This document shows, piece by piece, positions 40,190-52,150 of a DNA stretch of 64,000 bases; positions within the stretch are counted from its first letter, which is position 1; the number at the start of each line of letters is the position of its first letter. This DNA comes from Epiperipatus broadwayi. Lineage: Eukaryota > Animalia > Onychophora. The position numbers and the translations under genes are program-made. The notes under the pieces were generated by a model. The model ran no database searches. It saw nothing but the letters and a program-made list of their open reading frames with translations, and was not told the DNA's origin. The stretch is from the NCBI GenBank assembly GCA_028023455.1, contig JAQFVV010000003.1, positions 1,054,001-1,118,000 on the forward strand. The letters are read 5' to 3'.

Positions 40190-40580
40190 TAATAACTATC
40201 ACTCCATCATGAACACTTTAAACACGACTAAAGACATCATAAAAGTTGAATGTTCTTGCATTTCATGCTAAACCAGCAGCCATTAGTTGGCCAGATCACG
40301 ATCCTTCTATGTATAACTTTATCATATATTCAGTATTTATCAATTGTAAATTGCTACATTTTGATTTACAAGTGATTCATTTACTCCACTCACAACTTTG
40401 ACATTTGTAAATTAAAATGCAGCAATTTATTATTGCTAAATACTGAATATATGATAAAGATATATATGAAGGATTGTGATCTGGGCCAACTGATGGCTGC
40501 TGGTTCACTATAAAATTCATCTTGTGGTTCATTTAATTTTAAAGTGTTTTTATTCAGGTGTTTCAAGAATGTATGGAGGA
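40190..40580. mobile_element. Family B-related inverted pair with decayed hammerhead motifs
   Basis: gatctgg(g)ccaact(a/g)atggctgctggtt on - (about 40262-40300) and + (about 40477-40515). Internal segment 40350-40400 is also repeated at 39950-40005. Confidence 0.65.
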
Positions 40581-40899
40581 GCGGAGGTTATTAAGTTCAT
40601 TTGTAATGTATTAATATTATTAAAAAATATTTCTGTATATACTTCTGATACTAATATTAAAAATATTTCATATTAACTTTTATTATGTCATTTTTCAGTT
40701 TAATATATATATATATTTAAATTTTATAAACAAAGGATAATTTAAAAATAAAAAAATTATGCAATGAAAATTTTGACTTCATTTGTCCTATTGTGAAGGG
40801 ATGCTGGAAATATCTTGGTCCTGCAGTAAGATATTTTGTTTTATCTATTTACTTGTTAAAATTAAAATAATTAACTACTTTTTTAATAAATGTCATTTA

Positions 40900-42450
40900 A
40901 TTATGAGATAAAATTCATTGCTCAGATGTGTATATCTGTATGTAGGTAAGAAACAGATTAAGAATTGAACTTAACATAGATGATCAAATTAATTCCATGT
41001 CTCCCTTCTTCATTTAAAATCCTGGGCACTTCAGAAGATATAATAGATGTAGAAGGTACTTGTTATTTATTACTATATAAGTCTTGATAGAACTATTCTA
41101 CACATTTCATTATGTCATCTCTCTTTTAATAGTTCCCTCTTTTTCTTATTGCAGATATAAATTTCCTACCAATACCAAAATATTGTGTTACACTTATGAG
41201 ATTTTCATTCTCTTCTACAGCTTTCCTTGCTAATTCACAATTATACTTTCTTATATTATTATCAACTCTTTTTTTGCATCATTTTACAAAATTCGAGATA
41301 TTGAATCTTTCTTAATGCACCATTTTTTATATCTTCATATTCCTTCTTTTCTTCATAAATTCTCTAGTCTCAGTAGAAGTTTTATTGGCCAATTGCTGCT
41401 TTTTTCTACCAGCTATTTTAGTTGCAATTTTTAAATGTGTAACAGTTATTTTCCTATTAATTTCATTCAAATCTATATCACATTCAAAATCTACTAATAC
41501 TTGAAAATGATTTTCAAGTTCTAATTTAAATTCATTAGAATGTTACTGAAGATTAGGAATATCAACTGTAAATATTGTTTTTTTTAATAATTTTTGTTTC
41601 TTTAGTTTTGCATTAACACCTGTCTTACATCTTACCAATCGATGATCACTTCCTAGGTTGAATGTATTAAGGACATTACACACTTGATATGTATTTTCTG
41701 TTAGTCAAAATATAATCCAATTCTGCTGTACCTTAATTTAGATGCTTCTATGTCCATTTCCTTTTAAAATTTTTCTCAAAAAAAGAATTCATATTATAAA
41801 GTTTTTCTTTTTCTGCAAACTCCACAAGTCTATGTCCTCTATTACCATAACCAAATTTACCTACAGCACTTTCACCTTTCATTTGTTTATCAATTCTAGC
41901 ATTAAAATCACCCATAACAATTTTAAAATGTTGTTTATTCTGATCGAAAGCCTTTTGTACATCCATATAAAAAATTTCTACTACTTCATAACTATGAAAA
42001 CTTGTTGGGTCATAAATCTGAATTATCTGCATTTGGTATGTGCTATTAAGTTGAATAACTAATCTTGCCACTCTATATGACACAGCATCAATCTCCACAA
42101 TGTTGTTCTTCCACTTTTTATTCATAATGAATCCTACTCCACTTCCAATATTTGTGCCTTTGCAGTAGAAACACATGTCTACTTTTTAAATCTATTGTCT
42201 CTTCATTTTTTTTTTCTAACTTCACAAAGTCCAATAATGTCACATTTAATATGAGACAATTCTTCCAATTTTTGGAATATTCCTTCACTTGAAAATGGTC
42301 TGTAGTTGTAAGTATCTAAATGAAATGTCATCATCAAATGGCAGCTTGGGTCCACAATCAGGGGATTCTTAGCACCCTCTGTCTTTGACTACCAACTGCT
42401 GTCTTGCCTGGTTACTTTACAACCTTCTGGGAGTAAGGGCCATGACTTAT
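40900..42450 (-). mobile_element. Decayed RTE-clade LINE 5' portion (AP endonuclease to start of RT)
   Basis: ORF 41748-42176: GVGFIMNKKW...VARL...IIQIYDPTS...FY...IVMGDFNAR...G...NRGHRLVEFAEKEKLYNMNSFFEK, typical RTE APE motifs; stops and frameshifts on both sides. Confidence 0.88.
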
Positions 42451-43649
42451 TTTTGTCTCTTATGATTGCATAAATCTATTAGAAAAAAAAAATTCATTCA
42501 TACATATATTTATTCTGCCTTATCAGAAAACTGAGAAGAACGGTGTTTCTTGATCTTAAACTCAGAGGTAAAATGCCAATAAACTTACCATGCTAGATAA
42601 GGTGTGTTCATGAGCAGACCACTCATGTTTGTACACTATATGAATAATCATATAGTAATAACAGCTACAACAACAAAAACATATGGAGTGGACATTAGAA
42701 ATTTGCCCTGCTCGGTTCCTTTAAGGCCTCCAAGAGAAATCAAAGTGTCTTCTTTCAATTAACAGCAAACTACTTTTTGTATTATACATTATATGTGTAA
42801 TAATTATAAAATATTTATTTTTATTTGTTATTATTATTGTATAATAAGATTTTTATTTATGGGACACTGGATGAATTGACCAAAGAGTTATTGCAGAGCA
42901 TTGCTATAATTTCTCTGATGTCAATTGAAAAGTTAATAAATAAAACTAAATAGTTTAAACTCATTCTCTCATGTATATGATTATTAAATGAATAGAATGA
43001 TGGGGTGAAAGCAATAGTATTCATTCTTTAACTGGACAGATTTATTGAGGATATGTGAATAGCAACAATTTATTGAACGAATGAAAATTAATTCATAGTG
43101 TTTAAAAACCATCAGAATATTTCTTTGAATTAAAAAATGATATTACTTATTTTTCAAGGGTAAGATATAAATGGTAACAATATCACAAAGATCATATTCA
43201 CCTGCCAATATAATTTTATAAGATTGATGGATTATTTACACACATGATAAAAATTGGCTCAATTTCCATCCCATTATCATAGATGAAACTAGCATCTGTT
43301 AATTATGTATTATGAATCAAATACCTATTAAAGGAAAATATATTTACATTCTATTGTCATAGATATAATTGTTTGTTCACTTATAATATTACATAAACCA
43401 AATACCTGCTACATGAAAGGGTATTTTGGATATCTTAAAAAATATAGTAACTAACAAAATATGCTTCGAAACTCACAACTTTTCATGATATTTCTATTAT
43501 TTTTTTGGAATAACAAAATATCGCCAGATCATGATTCAAGAAGTAGACCTTAGAACTATGGTACTGTTTTGGAAATGTTGCATTTGTGGACAATTGACAG
43601 GGTCATTTGTTAATATATATATATATATGTTATTGTTGTTATATATATA

Positions 43650-45600
43650 TATAGGATATAAATGGTAGTATAATTTAAGTTAAGTAGGGATTTATTTAAA
43701 CACATATATAAAATATGAGAGTTATGTTTTTTTAAATGCTAGTTTATATTGTATAACTTTGTAATTATAATTATAATTTGAAAATATTTATCTATTTATA
43801 TGTTGACTATAAATTAATTTCAAGAATTTATTTTTGTTTTATTCTCTTAGAACAATGTAAATGAATAGGTAGATTCAATTTTAGTAAATTTTTTATTTTA
43901 ATTAACTAACTTTTATATATATATATATAAGTTGATTGTATCTTCAATTCTTATATTTTGAAAATTGCATATGTATTATAACATATTTGCATTACATAAA
44001 TATACATTTTAATCTTAGTATTTGATAGGTGAAGTTCAATGTACAACCACCTGTTTAATTTAAAAGAATTAGTGTCAGTTGAGAACCCATATGCATAAGG
44101 CATAATCAAATCATATGTATATATTTTAAATATTTATAGTGTTTGCCATATATATATATTATTTAATTTTTATCCATTTGTTACTAAATGTTGAATTAAT
44201 TTAAAATGAGTATTTGGTTGTTATTCATTTCTAAATGCAAATTTATTGGTTAATGGTACTTGGATAGGATACTATTCTTGAATTGATAAAACCACATAAT
44301 TCATTAGAAGCAGTTAAAAAAGTTTGAAAGTCAAATCACAGAATAGGTAAGAGAGTATAATTACATTGCCATTTTCTTTATATTGAATTTATGTTTATTC
44401 TCTGAACAGATATAGATTTTTATACAGTAATAAATTTACTGATTTGACATTCTTAAATATTTGATAAATAATTAGAAACTTAGTATAACTATTTGTTAGT
44501 TACAAGTAACAATTATATTAAGATAGAAATTATATCTGAATTGATTCGATGATTGATAAAGGTACAAATATAATAATTATTGAAGATAAATAAAGGTAGT
44601 TATAATTAGGTATTTGCATATTTTATTTTAAATTATTATTGATTAAGGTATATGTTATGTTAAGTCAGTATTCAACAATAAATATCACATTCTTATTTGA
44701 TTATAGAGAGTTAGTATTAATAATACATTTTATACTATTACAAATTAGAGTGATTTGCTTTAATTATATTTAAAATCCATTGATTCAATTCATAAATTTT
44801 AATATTAATATTTGACTATAATAATCCCTAATAATCTTTCATATATTTTGATAATTATATTTTAGTTTTAACAACTTAGCTTTATTAAATTGAAGAGTAA
44901 TGGGATAAAATTTGTCTATAGCATTTCAATAAGTATCAAATAGGAATCTATCATTTATTTTATATATTGATGTGATTGGATATTATAAATTTTAATGTTA
45001 TCTGATAGAATGATTTTATTTATAATATTATAGGTTGTTGGAAGTGGAGAGATAAGTTAGGTTAATTGATTTTGTATTATTAAGTATTTAATCTTATTAT
45101 AATTAACTTAATTAATGAGAGTATATTAATATTATTGGAATGGCATGGCTGAGTTAGTACTATTTTTTATTTTATTTAGTCATACTTAGAAATCAAATAG
45201 TGAGTCATATATTTATTTAGATATCATTGATATTTTAGATTTTTAGGGCATGTTAAATTATTTTCTCATCCGTCCTTGAATCATTTTGTTTAAGTATAAA
45301 TAACATTTAACTTTTAGTATAAATTTATGTTATCACAAAGTGTTTTGATTCATAAGAAATATTAAGGTTTATTTCTCTAATTCTTTGTCATTATTTTATT
45401 CTCTTGAAAGTAGCTTATATAATAGGCATAGATCATTGTTTATAAGATAATGATTACTTTATCTTTAATCTATTGCAAATAATGCTCATATTTTAGGATA
45501 GCTTGAAATAATGATTTTCTTGTTTTCTGTCCATTCTAAATGCTGTTTGGGATTTATGAAGTTACAATAAAGATTATTATCATTGTTTTATTCAAATAAA
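43650..45600 (-). mobile_element. Highly decayed, internally deleted CR1/L2-like LINE
   Basis: - strand NVIFIVEY(W)LN and QIPNY (endonuclease-like, about 44600-44700); ENGNVIILS..CD and MGSQLTLILLN (RT-like, about 44050-44370). By-eye match only. Confidence 0.45.
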
Positions 45601-45647
45601 TTTTAGATTATTATTCAGTGATATGTATTCACTTTAGTTTAATTTAT

Positions 45648-45982
45648 TATTTTCATTCTGTTACAAATGACACTACAATTCATGGGCATTATTAAATTAG
45701 GATTGTTCTTTCTTGATTCATATTTTTATTTTGTTACAAATGGTAATCAATAATTAGGCTATGACTAATGATATAGTAGAATCCATATTTTTATTATTTT
45801 ATAAATGGCATCCAACTTTAAGGCATATTTTTATTCTATTACAAATGGTGTCCAACGATTGGGCTATAATTTCATTCAGATTATATTAAAGTTATCATTT
45901 CCCATTGTCATTATTTTTATTCTGTTACAAATGCTGACCAAATATTTGGGTCTATTAAGAGCATCATATTTTTATTCTGTTA
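45648..45982 (+). repeat. Six copies of a 22-nt core (TATTTTTATTCTGTTACAAATG) with variable spacers
   Basis: Cores start at 45648, 45721, 45786, 45826, 45912 and 45967 (last one partial); start-to-start 73, 65, 40, 86 and 55 nt. Confidence 0.85.
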
Positions 45983-46429
45983 ATATATATACAGTATTTA
46001 AAAGTTTATAAAAATATATCTATAACCATATATTTTTATAAACTTTTAAATGCTGTATTTTCTAATATTTATTTATAAATTTACCTATATTATTTTGAAG
46101 AAATACTGACATCGATTTGTAATATATATATATAAACAATTAGAAACCAACCAGTAACCACCTAAACATTCACAATAAAGATAGTAATCAATATTTCTCA
46201 CTGCTGTCAAGGCAACCTTCTCACCTTTTAATAGCAAGAATGGAAATCCATTCTTGCTATGTATATATTTCTAATGAATTATGCAAACATAGGCAACCAT
46301 ATATTATAATTAATGCTTTTATTTTCATCAAATTGATGAAAGTAACAGTTGAAAACAGAATAACCACTAATTGAAATATATATATAATATTTAAATATGT
46401 ATAATATTTAAATACAAGTATAATTTATT

Positions 46430-47135
46430 TACTTGGAGTTTAGATATACTGTAGGGAATTTGAATACAGACTTTCAAACCCCCTTCAGCTATCCACTGCA
46501 TCTCATACAACAGACACACATGACCACATACATATGCAAAAGATAAATGATTTCAATTGTACATATTTCATGCTGAACCAGCACTCATTAGTTGGTCCAG
46601 ATCATCATTTCCCACTCATATATATAATTAGTGCTTGGTTTATATTAAGATAGCAAATCTTTGAACTTTAATGGACAGGATTTAATCTACTTTACACTCC
46701 AACTCTTCAGCCATCCAATTATCATTGAAAATTTGATGATAGAACACCCAAATCCCCTGTTAATGCCAATATTATAAGAGGAGTCAGCATGGGCATGACA
46801 ATAATTAGTATTAACAAGGAATTTGGATGTTCCATCATCAGATTTTCAATGATATGGATTGCTGAAAGAGTTGGAGGATGGAGAGATTGAAACCTGTCCA
46901 TTAAAGCTTGAAGATTTGCTATCTTAATATAAACCAAGTACTATATATATATGTGTGTGTGTGGAAGGGGGAGGGAGATGATGATCTGGACCAACTGATG
47001 AGTGCTGGTTTAGCACAAAACGCATATATTGGAGGTTATTTATCTTTTTCACATCATGTGTGTCAGTTGTATGAGATGGAATTGACAGCTGAAGGAAGCT
47101 TGAAATTCTGTATTCAAATCCCCTATATTTAGATA
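46430..47135. mobile_element. Family B element, long head-to-head palindrome (arms about 330-350 nt)
   Basis: 46430-46787 is inverted relative to about 46805-47135; both arms are homologous to 739-1093 and 1-135. Confidence 0.9.
46991..47032 (+). ncRNA. Type-I hammerhead ribozyme motif, family B (probably inactivated: G12 to A)
   Basis: CCAA-CUGAUGA-GUGC-ugguuua-GCAC-AAAA-cgcauaU-A/UUGG: 4-bp stem I and 4-bp stem II intact. AAAA replaces GAAA at a CpG; the mirror copy at 46553-46595 keeps GAAA but has CUAAUGA. Confidence 0.7.
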
Positions 47136-47354
47136 TTGCTCGTTTCATTATCATCACCTTCATAGTAAGTATGGCTATTTTAATTCTGAGGATAAAAATC
47201 ATATATAGAGAGAGAAAAAGGCAAAGAATAAAAAACAGCAATTAAGAATTAGAATCAGAAATTCTGAGGATGTAATTAAAAAATGACAATATGATTGCTA
47301 AAACATACAACAAGAGTGTCACAAATAATGTAGAGATAATTTAATGGCTTAAGG

Positions 47355-47722
47355 CAGGGGTCCCCAACCTTTTTGCACTTAAGAGCACATTCTATAGAAC
47401 CGGCCAGGTGGTGCGCACCATTTATTTTTTCAATGTAAATTTATAGTTGGATATTGTTAATAATATACATAATGTACAAAAAAATATTTATTTCAAAAAT
47501 AAAACTTTAACATATAATTAAAGTTTATATTTTTACGCTGTAAAAGTATATTATACCCTACAATTTGATTACAATATAATACAATAATTTATAAGAAATT
47601 TTAAAAATTAAATTTATTTGTATCAGATAAATAATTTTTTATCGTGTTCCGATAGCGGCGGGCACACGTAAAATGGTCTGCGGGCACCATGGTGCCCACG
47701 GGCATCGGGTTGGGGACCCCTG
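47355..47722. mobile_element. Non-autonomous hAT (Charlie-like) MITE, 368 bp
   Basis: Perfect 15-bp TIRs CAGGGGTCCCCAACC / GGTTGGGGACCCCTG. 8-bp TSD gcttaagg (47347-47354) / ccttaagg (47723-47730), 7 of 8 identical. CpGs retained, so probably young. Confidence 0.92.
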
Positions 47723-48289
47723 CCTTAAGGAGACTGACTTACTTAAAGTGACAGCAGATACAAAAATAAATAATAAGGGGAAAAATGAAAGAAAGAACAG
47801 AATAAAGGCAAAGTAAAAAAAAATGAAAAACAGTGTTCTTGTGAAATAATTATCTTAAATTTTTAAAAATGCCAATGAACAAAGTGCAGCAGCAAATATT
47901 GCAGATTTTCAATCAGATACTAGATTGGGTCTTATTTAAAACATCTTGTAATGCAGTGGTATCACATACAAGTTCGAATTTAGTAGTAAGTTTTAACAAG
48001 TGTGAGACTTTTTTATATATAGCTTTCCCAAAGCTAATCCAGATAACTATTTATTTATCAGTCAGTACATGAATATCTAGTTATTCTAAACTAGAGAATA
48101 AAATAAGAAGAGAAAAAAGTTCAAACTTTCACAATCTGGCACTAAGTTCTACTTTCTCCTAAACTATTCCTTTATGAAGGCTGCTGACGAATCTTTTGCC
48201 CTGCAGTGATATATTTAAAAACTGTTTTATCTTTTACTTTTGCTATCTATCTACTTATTTATAAATAATTACCAATATAAATACTTTTT

Positions 48290-48660
48290 GATATCGCAAT
48301 ATTATAACATTTGTATTTAATGTTTATCGTTATTAGTTTTGATTTTTTTTGTTATTACCTCAAGTAAACAATCTAAATTTTATTATATTTAATGGTTTGC
48401 AATCACTGCATTGGTCTACTGTGTTCTAGTCAAACTGTGGTCCGGAAGAATATATATAAAAAATTCGCTTCCAAATTGTTGCTATACGCATCACTACGGA
48501 CGTGTATTGTGTATTGACATTTTTTTTTTTTTGTATATATGATTTCATATTTATTCATTTTTTTACGACTGTCTGTATGTGTAGGCTGGAGAAGAAAGCT
48601 GTTCTTTCCCAGTTGTTAAGTCATTTAATTTATGTGATACGGTAATTATGAAAGTGATCT
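48290..48660 (+). promoter_or_regulatory. Candidate intronic promoter/regulatory island
   Basis: CpG cluster with ETS-like CCGGAAG (48442-48448) in otherwise CpG-poor DNA; no repeat hallmarks seen. Confidence 0.3.
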
Positions 48661-49199
48661 TTGTATTTTTTAAGTGATTTTTTTAAATGATTATTTACTT
48701 TAGTTAATATAGAGTTGAGATACTTAAGTAGTTAAACAAATTGTAATTCCCATTTGTAATTAAAATTGTTAATTAAACAAAAAATGGCATTTGAAGCCAA
48801 CTTTTAAATAATGTTAGTTTTTAATTCCTCTACTCCCCTTCCCTTTCCTATATGTAACTATAAATTTCGTTTAAATAATTACACTTATAGATATTTTATA
48901 CAGCATAAATTATCTAATAATTAGGCATTTAGATAATATATATATAAAACGATCTGATTTTTATGATAAAATATTGAGGTTACATACATTAAACTTCTTT
49001 CATAAGACTCTTCAATTAAGAAATTATTTCATTTCATTTGATCTTAAATATAGACTTATTGTCACTCCATGCAGAATGAAGATCTCTCCAATTAAACCAT
49101 TTTTTTCGGACCTAAAACTTTTCCATGTTTCAATTAAGATGTATCGGACATTTTATAGACAATACTATACTGTTTTATTAGTCTTGAAAATCAAAAATA

Positions 49200-49460
49200 A
49201 AAGCCAGTAAACCTATCATGTTAGTGGATGTCTATTTGTTGGTGAGCATTCCACATATATTTGTTTGTCATATGAGTAATCACACAACAATAGGATATAC
49301 AACAGCAAGAATATTTGTATTGAACCTTAAAAAGTTAGTCTGTTGTTTTAAAAAAGATTTCAAAGAAAAATCAAAGAATTTCTTGTCAGTTAGCAATAAA
49401 CTTCTTTTTGCAATCATTCTTCACATGATAATCTTCAACACCTCATGTCTTATTTAAACA
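49200..49460 (-). mobile_element. Possible decayed GIY-YIG endonuclease fragment of a Penelope-like element
   Basis: Frameshifted - strand AVVYPI..C...DKQ.YVG(M)LTNK resembles VVYxIxCxxCxKQYVGxT; short and degenerate. Confidence 0.3.
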
Positions 49461-50699
49461 TATAAGTTATAGGAATTGACAAATTTTTTCTTAGGAACCA
49501 ATGGTATGCTTTTGTCTCAATATCTCCAGCCATATTAAAGAGTACGCTATTATATATTCTTACCACTAAATACTTTTTTTTTTTTTTTGAAGATAATGCT
49601 TTTGTAAGTTTTTTTCCTTCACAGCACTAACTTTTCTTTCTTGATTCTTTCCCTCCACAACTCATTTCTGATATTAAATAAAGCCCCCCCCCAAAAAAAA
49701 AAAAAAAACTTTAGTACCTTGAGAATTTATGAGATTTATTAATAATTACTCATTAGTTTTAAAAGATGCATGACACAAAAAATCAATTAAAGGATCTTCT
49801 TTCCCCTTTCCATCATCAGCCAGGAATTTTTACTTACGTTCAATGTATGCACTATTAGCATCTAAATTCATGGATTAGCAGTTCAATTTTAAAGTGTCAA
49901 AGTGACAGCACCAGAATCAATCCTAGGATCCCACACTTCAGAATCGAACATTCTCCCACTGCAGTCAACCAACACAAGTCAAAAAATATTTGAGTGGCTT
50001 TATTATCTGAGAGTTTGTAAGAAGTTTGAATGCTAGAAGTGCCAATACTGAAATTGATCTGAGAATCCCAAATTCCAGATCTGATACTTTTCTATTGCAC
50101 CCAGCTTCATAGAGCATTTGTAGGTCATATTTAGTCAAATGAATGTTTCTTTGCTTTTTTGACATTTTCTATATTAAAAAAATCCAAATAATTACTTGTG
50201 TAAAAACTAGTGTGATGTTCATGCACAAAAATTGAGTTTAAATCCAGAAGTTTTCAGCTTTTAAGTCAGTTATTCTACTATTGGTCAAATCATCTAGAGT
50301 ATATATTTTTTATTTAAAAAGACATTTAAAGAAAAGGTTATAAAATGAAATAAAAGTATTCAATTTTTTTTTTTTTTTTTTTCAAAACTTAGATGATATC
50401 TGAACAAAGGTTTGCATATTATTCTAATTATGGCTTGATGGGTATTTTCAGAAATGGCTGATTTTTTTTCTAAGAAAAAATATTCTTGTTGCTAACATTC
50501 AAAAACATGAGATGTAATTTTTTTAAGTGAAAGAATAAATTGTACACAAATATCTAACAGTACAAGTTATTAAAAATTTAGAATATTATAATTTTATATG
50601 CAAAAATCAGCCATAATATACACATGAAATCATTAGAGGTGAAGCATGAATATAATATTTAAAGAAATTATAGCATTCCACACATATGTAAAAACATAC

Positions 50700-52150
50700 A
50701 TGGCATTAAGCTAACGAAAAAAAAAACCATTACATCTTACTAATAAATCACCATATGATTGTCCTTTATTCTATTACACTATTCCAGAGTTTCTATTGGA
50801 AATGTGAGTAACCAATGGTCACTAATAAGTAGAAGTGCCATCCAAATTTCCAAACTAGATTCTTGCTATGATCCTTCATTAGTGAGAAATATTCAATTGT
50901 AGATATACCTCCAGAAGACATCTTCACATTTTTATGCTATACAAATTATATGCAAAAGTTAGTCTAGGTTTAATCAAATTTTAATTTTATTATATGTCCA
51001 GAAAAGTATGAAGTTGCTTATTGACCAGAGTTATCCAAGTGCAAAGTGAAAATTAATGTGAAAAAATAAATTGTATTAATGTAAACCTGTTCACAAAACA
51101 AACAAATCCGAAAAATCCTCATTAAAATAATTCATAAGCTTGACCTCTAAGGAATCATTAAATTGAAGGTATCGTTTGTTATATAAATGCTAATCTGAGT
51201 CATCCAAATGTAAAGAGAAAATTAGCAAAATGTAAACTTGTTGATGAAACAAACAATGCTGAATAAATTACTAAAATAATTCACAAGCTAGATGCCTGAA
51301 CAAACATTTAAAGGAATTTGTAAATAATACTCACTGTTATTTGTTCTGTGGTTATATATATAATAAGCCATAAAATTATTTATGTGCTAATTAAAATCAT
51401 TAGGAATTTGTCAATGCATAATCTTTTTTGTTTGTTTTTAATCAAATATTTTGAAATTAAATGGAAATTTTAATTTTTTTTTTTTTTAAAAAAAAAAACA
51501 TCTACATAAAATTTACTTTTACAAATGGAATTTTAAATAATTTCTCACATTACAAATATATAACATATGTTAGATCCAAATAAAAAAATACAACTTTATA
51601 ATAAAATAAGAAATAATGAAATTTCTTCCACTTCTGATTAAATAAATATGTATATTTGATAAGTGTGCAATGCCTATTTTCCGAGATTCATCTGTACTAA
51701 AAACTAAAAAATGTAAGACCTAAAAATGAATGATACATCTATAAACACTTATGCAATTAACTGAAAGTAGAAACAAGCGCAACGTGAATACTGATACCAA
51801 TAAGCAATTAAAATATATAAAAAAGAAGTCAATAAAATATTGAATAACAGTAGCATATAATTAATCATAATTTTCAAAAAATAATAAAAGAAAGGATGAA
51901 TTAACTATAACTGTAAAATTGTAAATAATGAGACTTTTTTAAATAACAAAAATATGTAATGCAAAAGAAATCAGAAAATATGTTCCAAATGAAAATGGCA
52001 GTAGGTGGCATCACAATCCAACTTGATTATAATCTAGATAATAGATTGATACATTAAGTGGCTGATTTCAGAAGTTAAACCTCAGGAAGTGTACTGCTGA
52101 AGAGGTGTAAGCCATTGCATATTTTTATGGATAAAAAAGACCCTAGTGAA
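50700..52150 (-). mobile_element. Decayed hAT transposase
   Basis: - strand FSLHLDDS...RYL resembles hAT FSLxLDEST...RY; HIIC and LLISDHWL.TFP.IE resemble the H.C..H and ..S.TRWL.....IERILE regions. Many stops. Confidence 0.55.

Noticed and set aside
43650-45600. Possible mitochondrial insertion (NUMT), suggested by extreme AT content and TGA codons reading sensibly as Trp
   Set aside because: No recognisable mitochondrial protein, rRNA or tRNA motifs; endonuclease-like and RT-like motifs fit a decayed LINE better.
45648-45982. CRISPR array
   Set aside because: Eukaryotic intron, no cas genes, degenerate non-palindromic repeats and very uneven spacers (about 18-64 nt).
46830-46860. Second, antisense hammerhead in family B (CTGATGA-TGGA-aca-TCCA on the - strand; also at about 775-795)
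   Set aside because: Stem II forms but it is followed by AAT rather than GAAA in all copies seen, with no stem I or III; kept only as a curiosity.
46722-47241. ORFs 46722-46937, 46908-47132, 46924-47241 and 897-1112 as genes
   Set aside because: All lie in family B repeat arms; no conserved frame or known domain.
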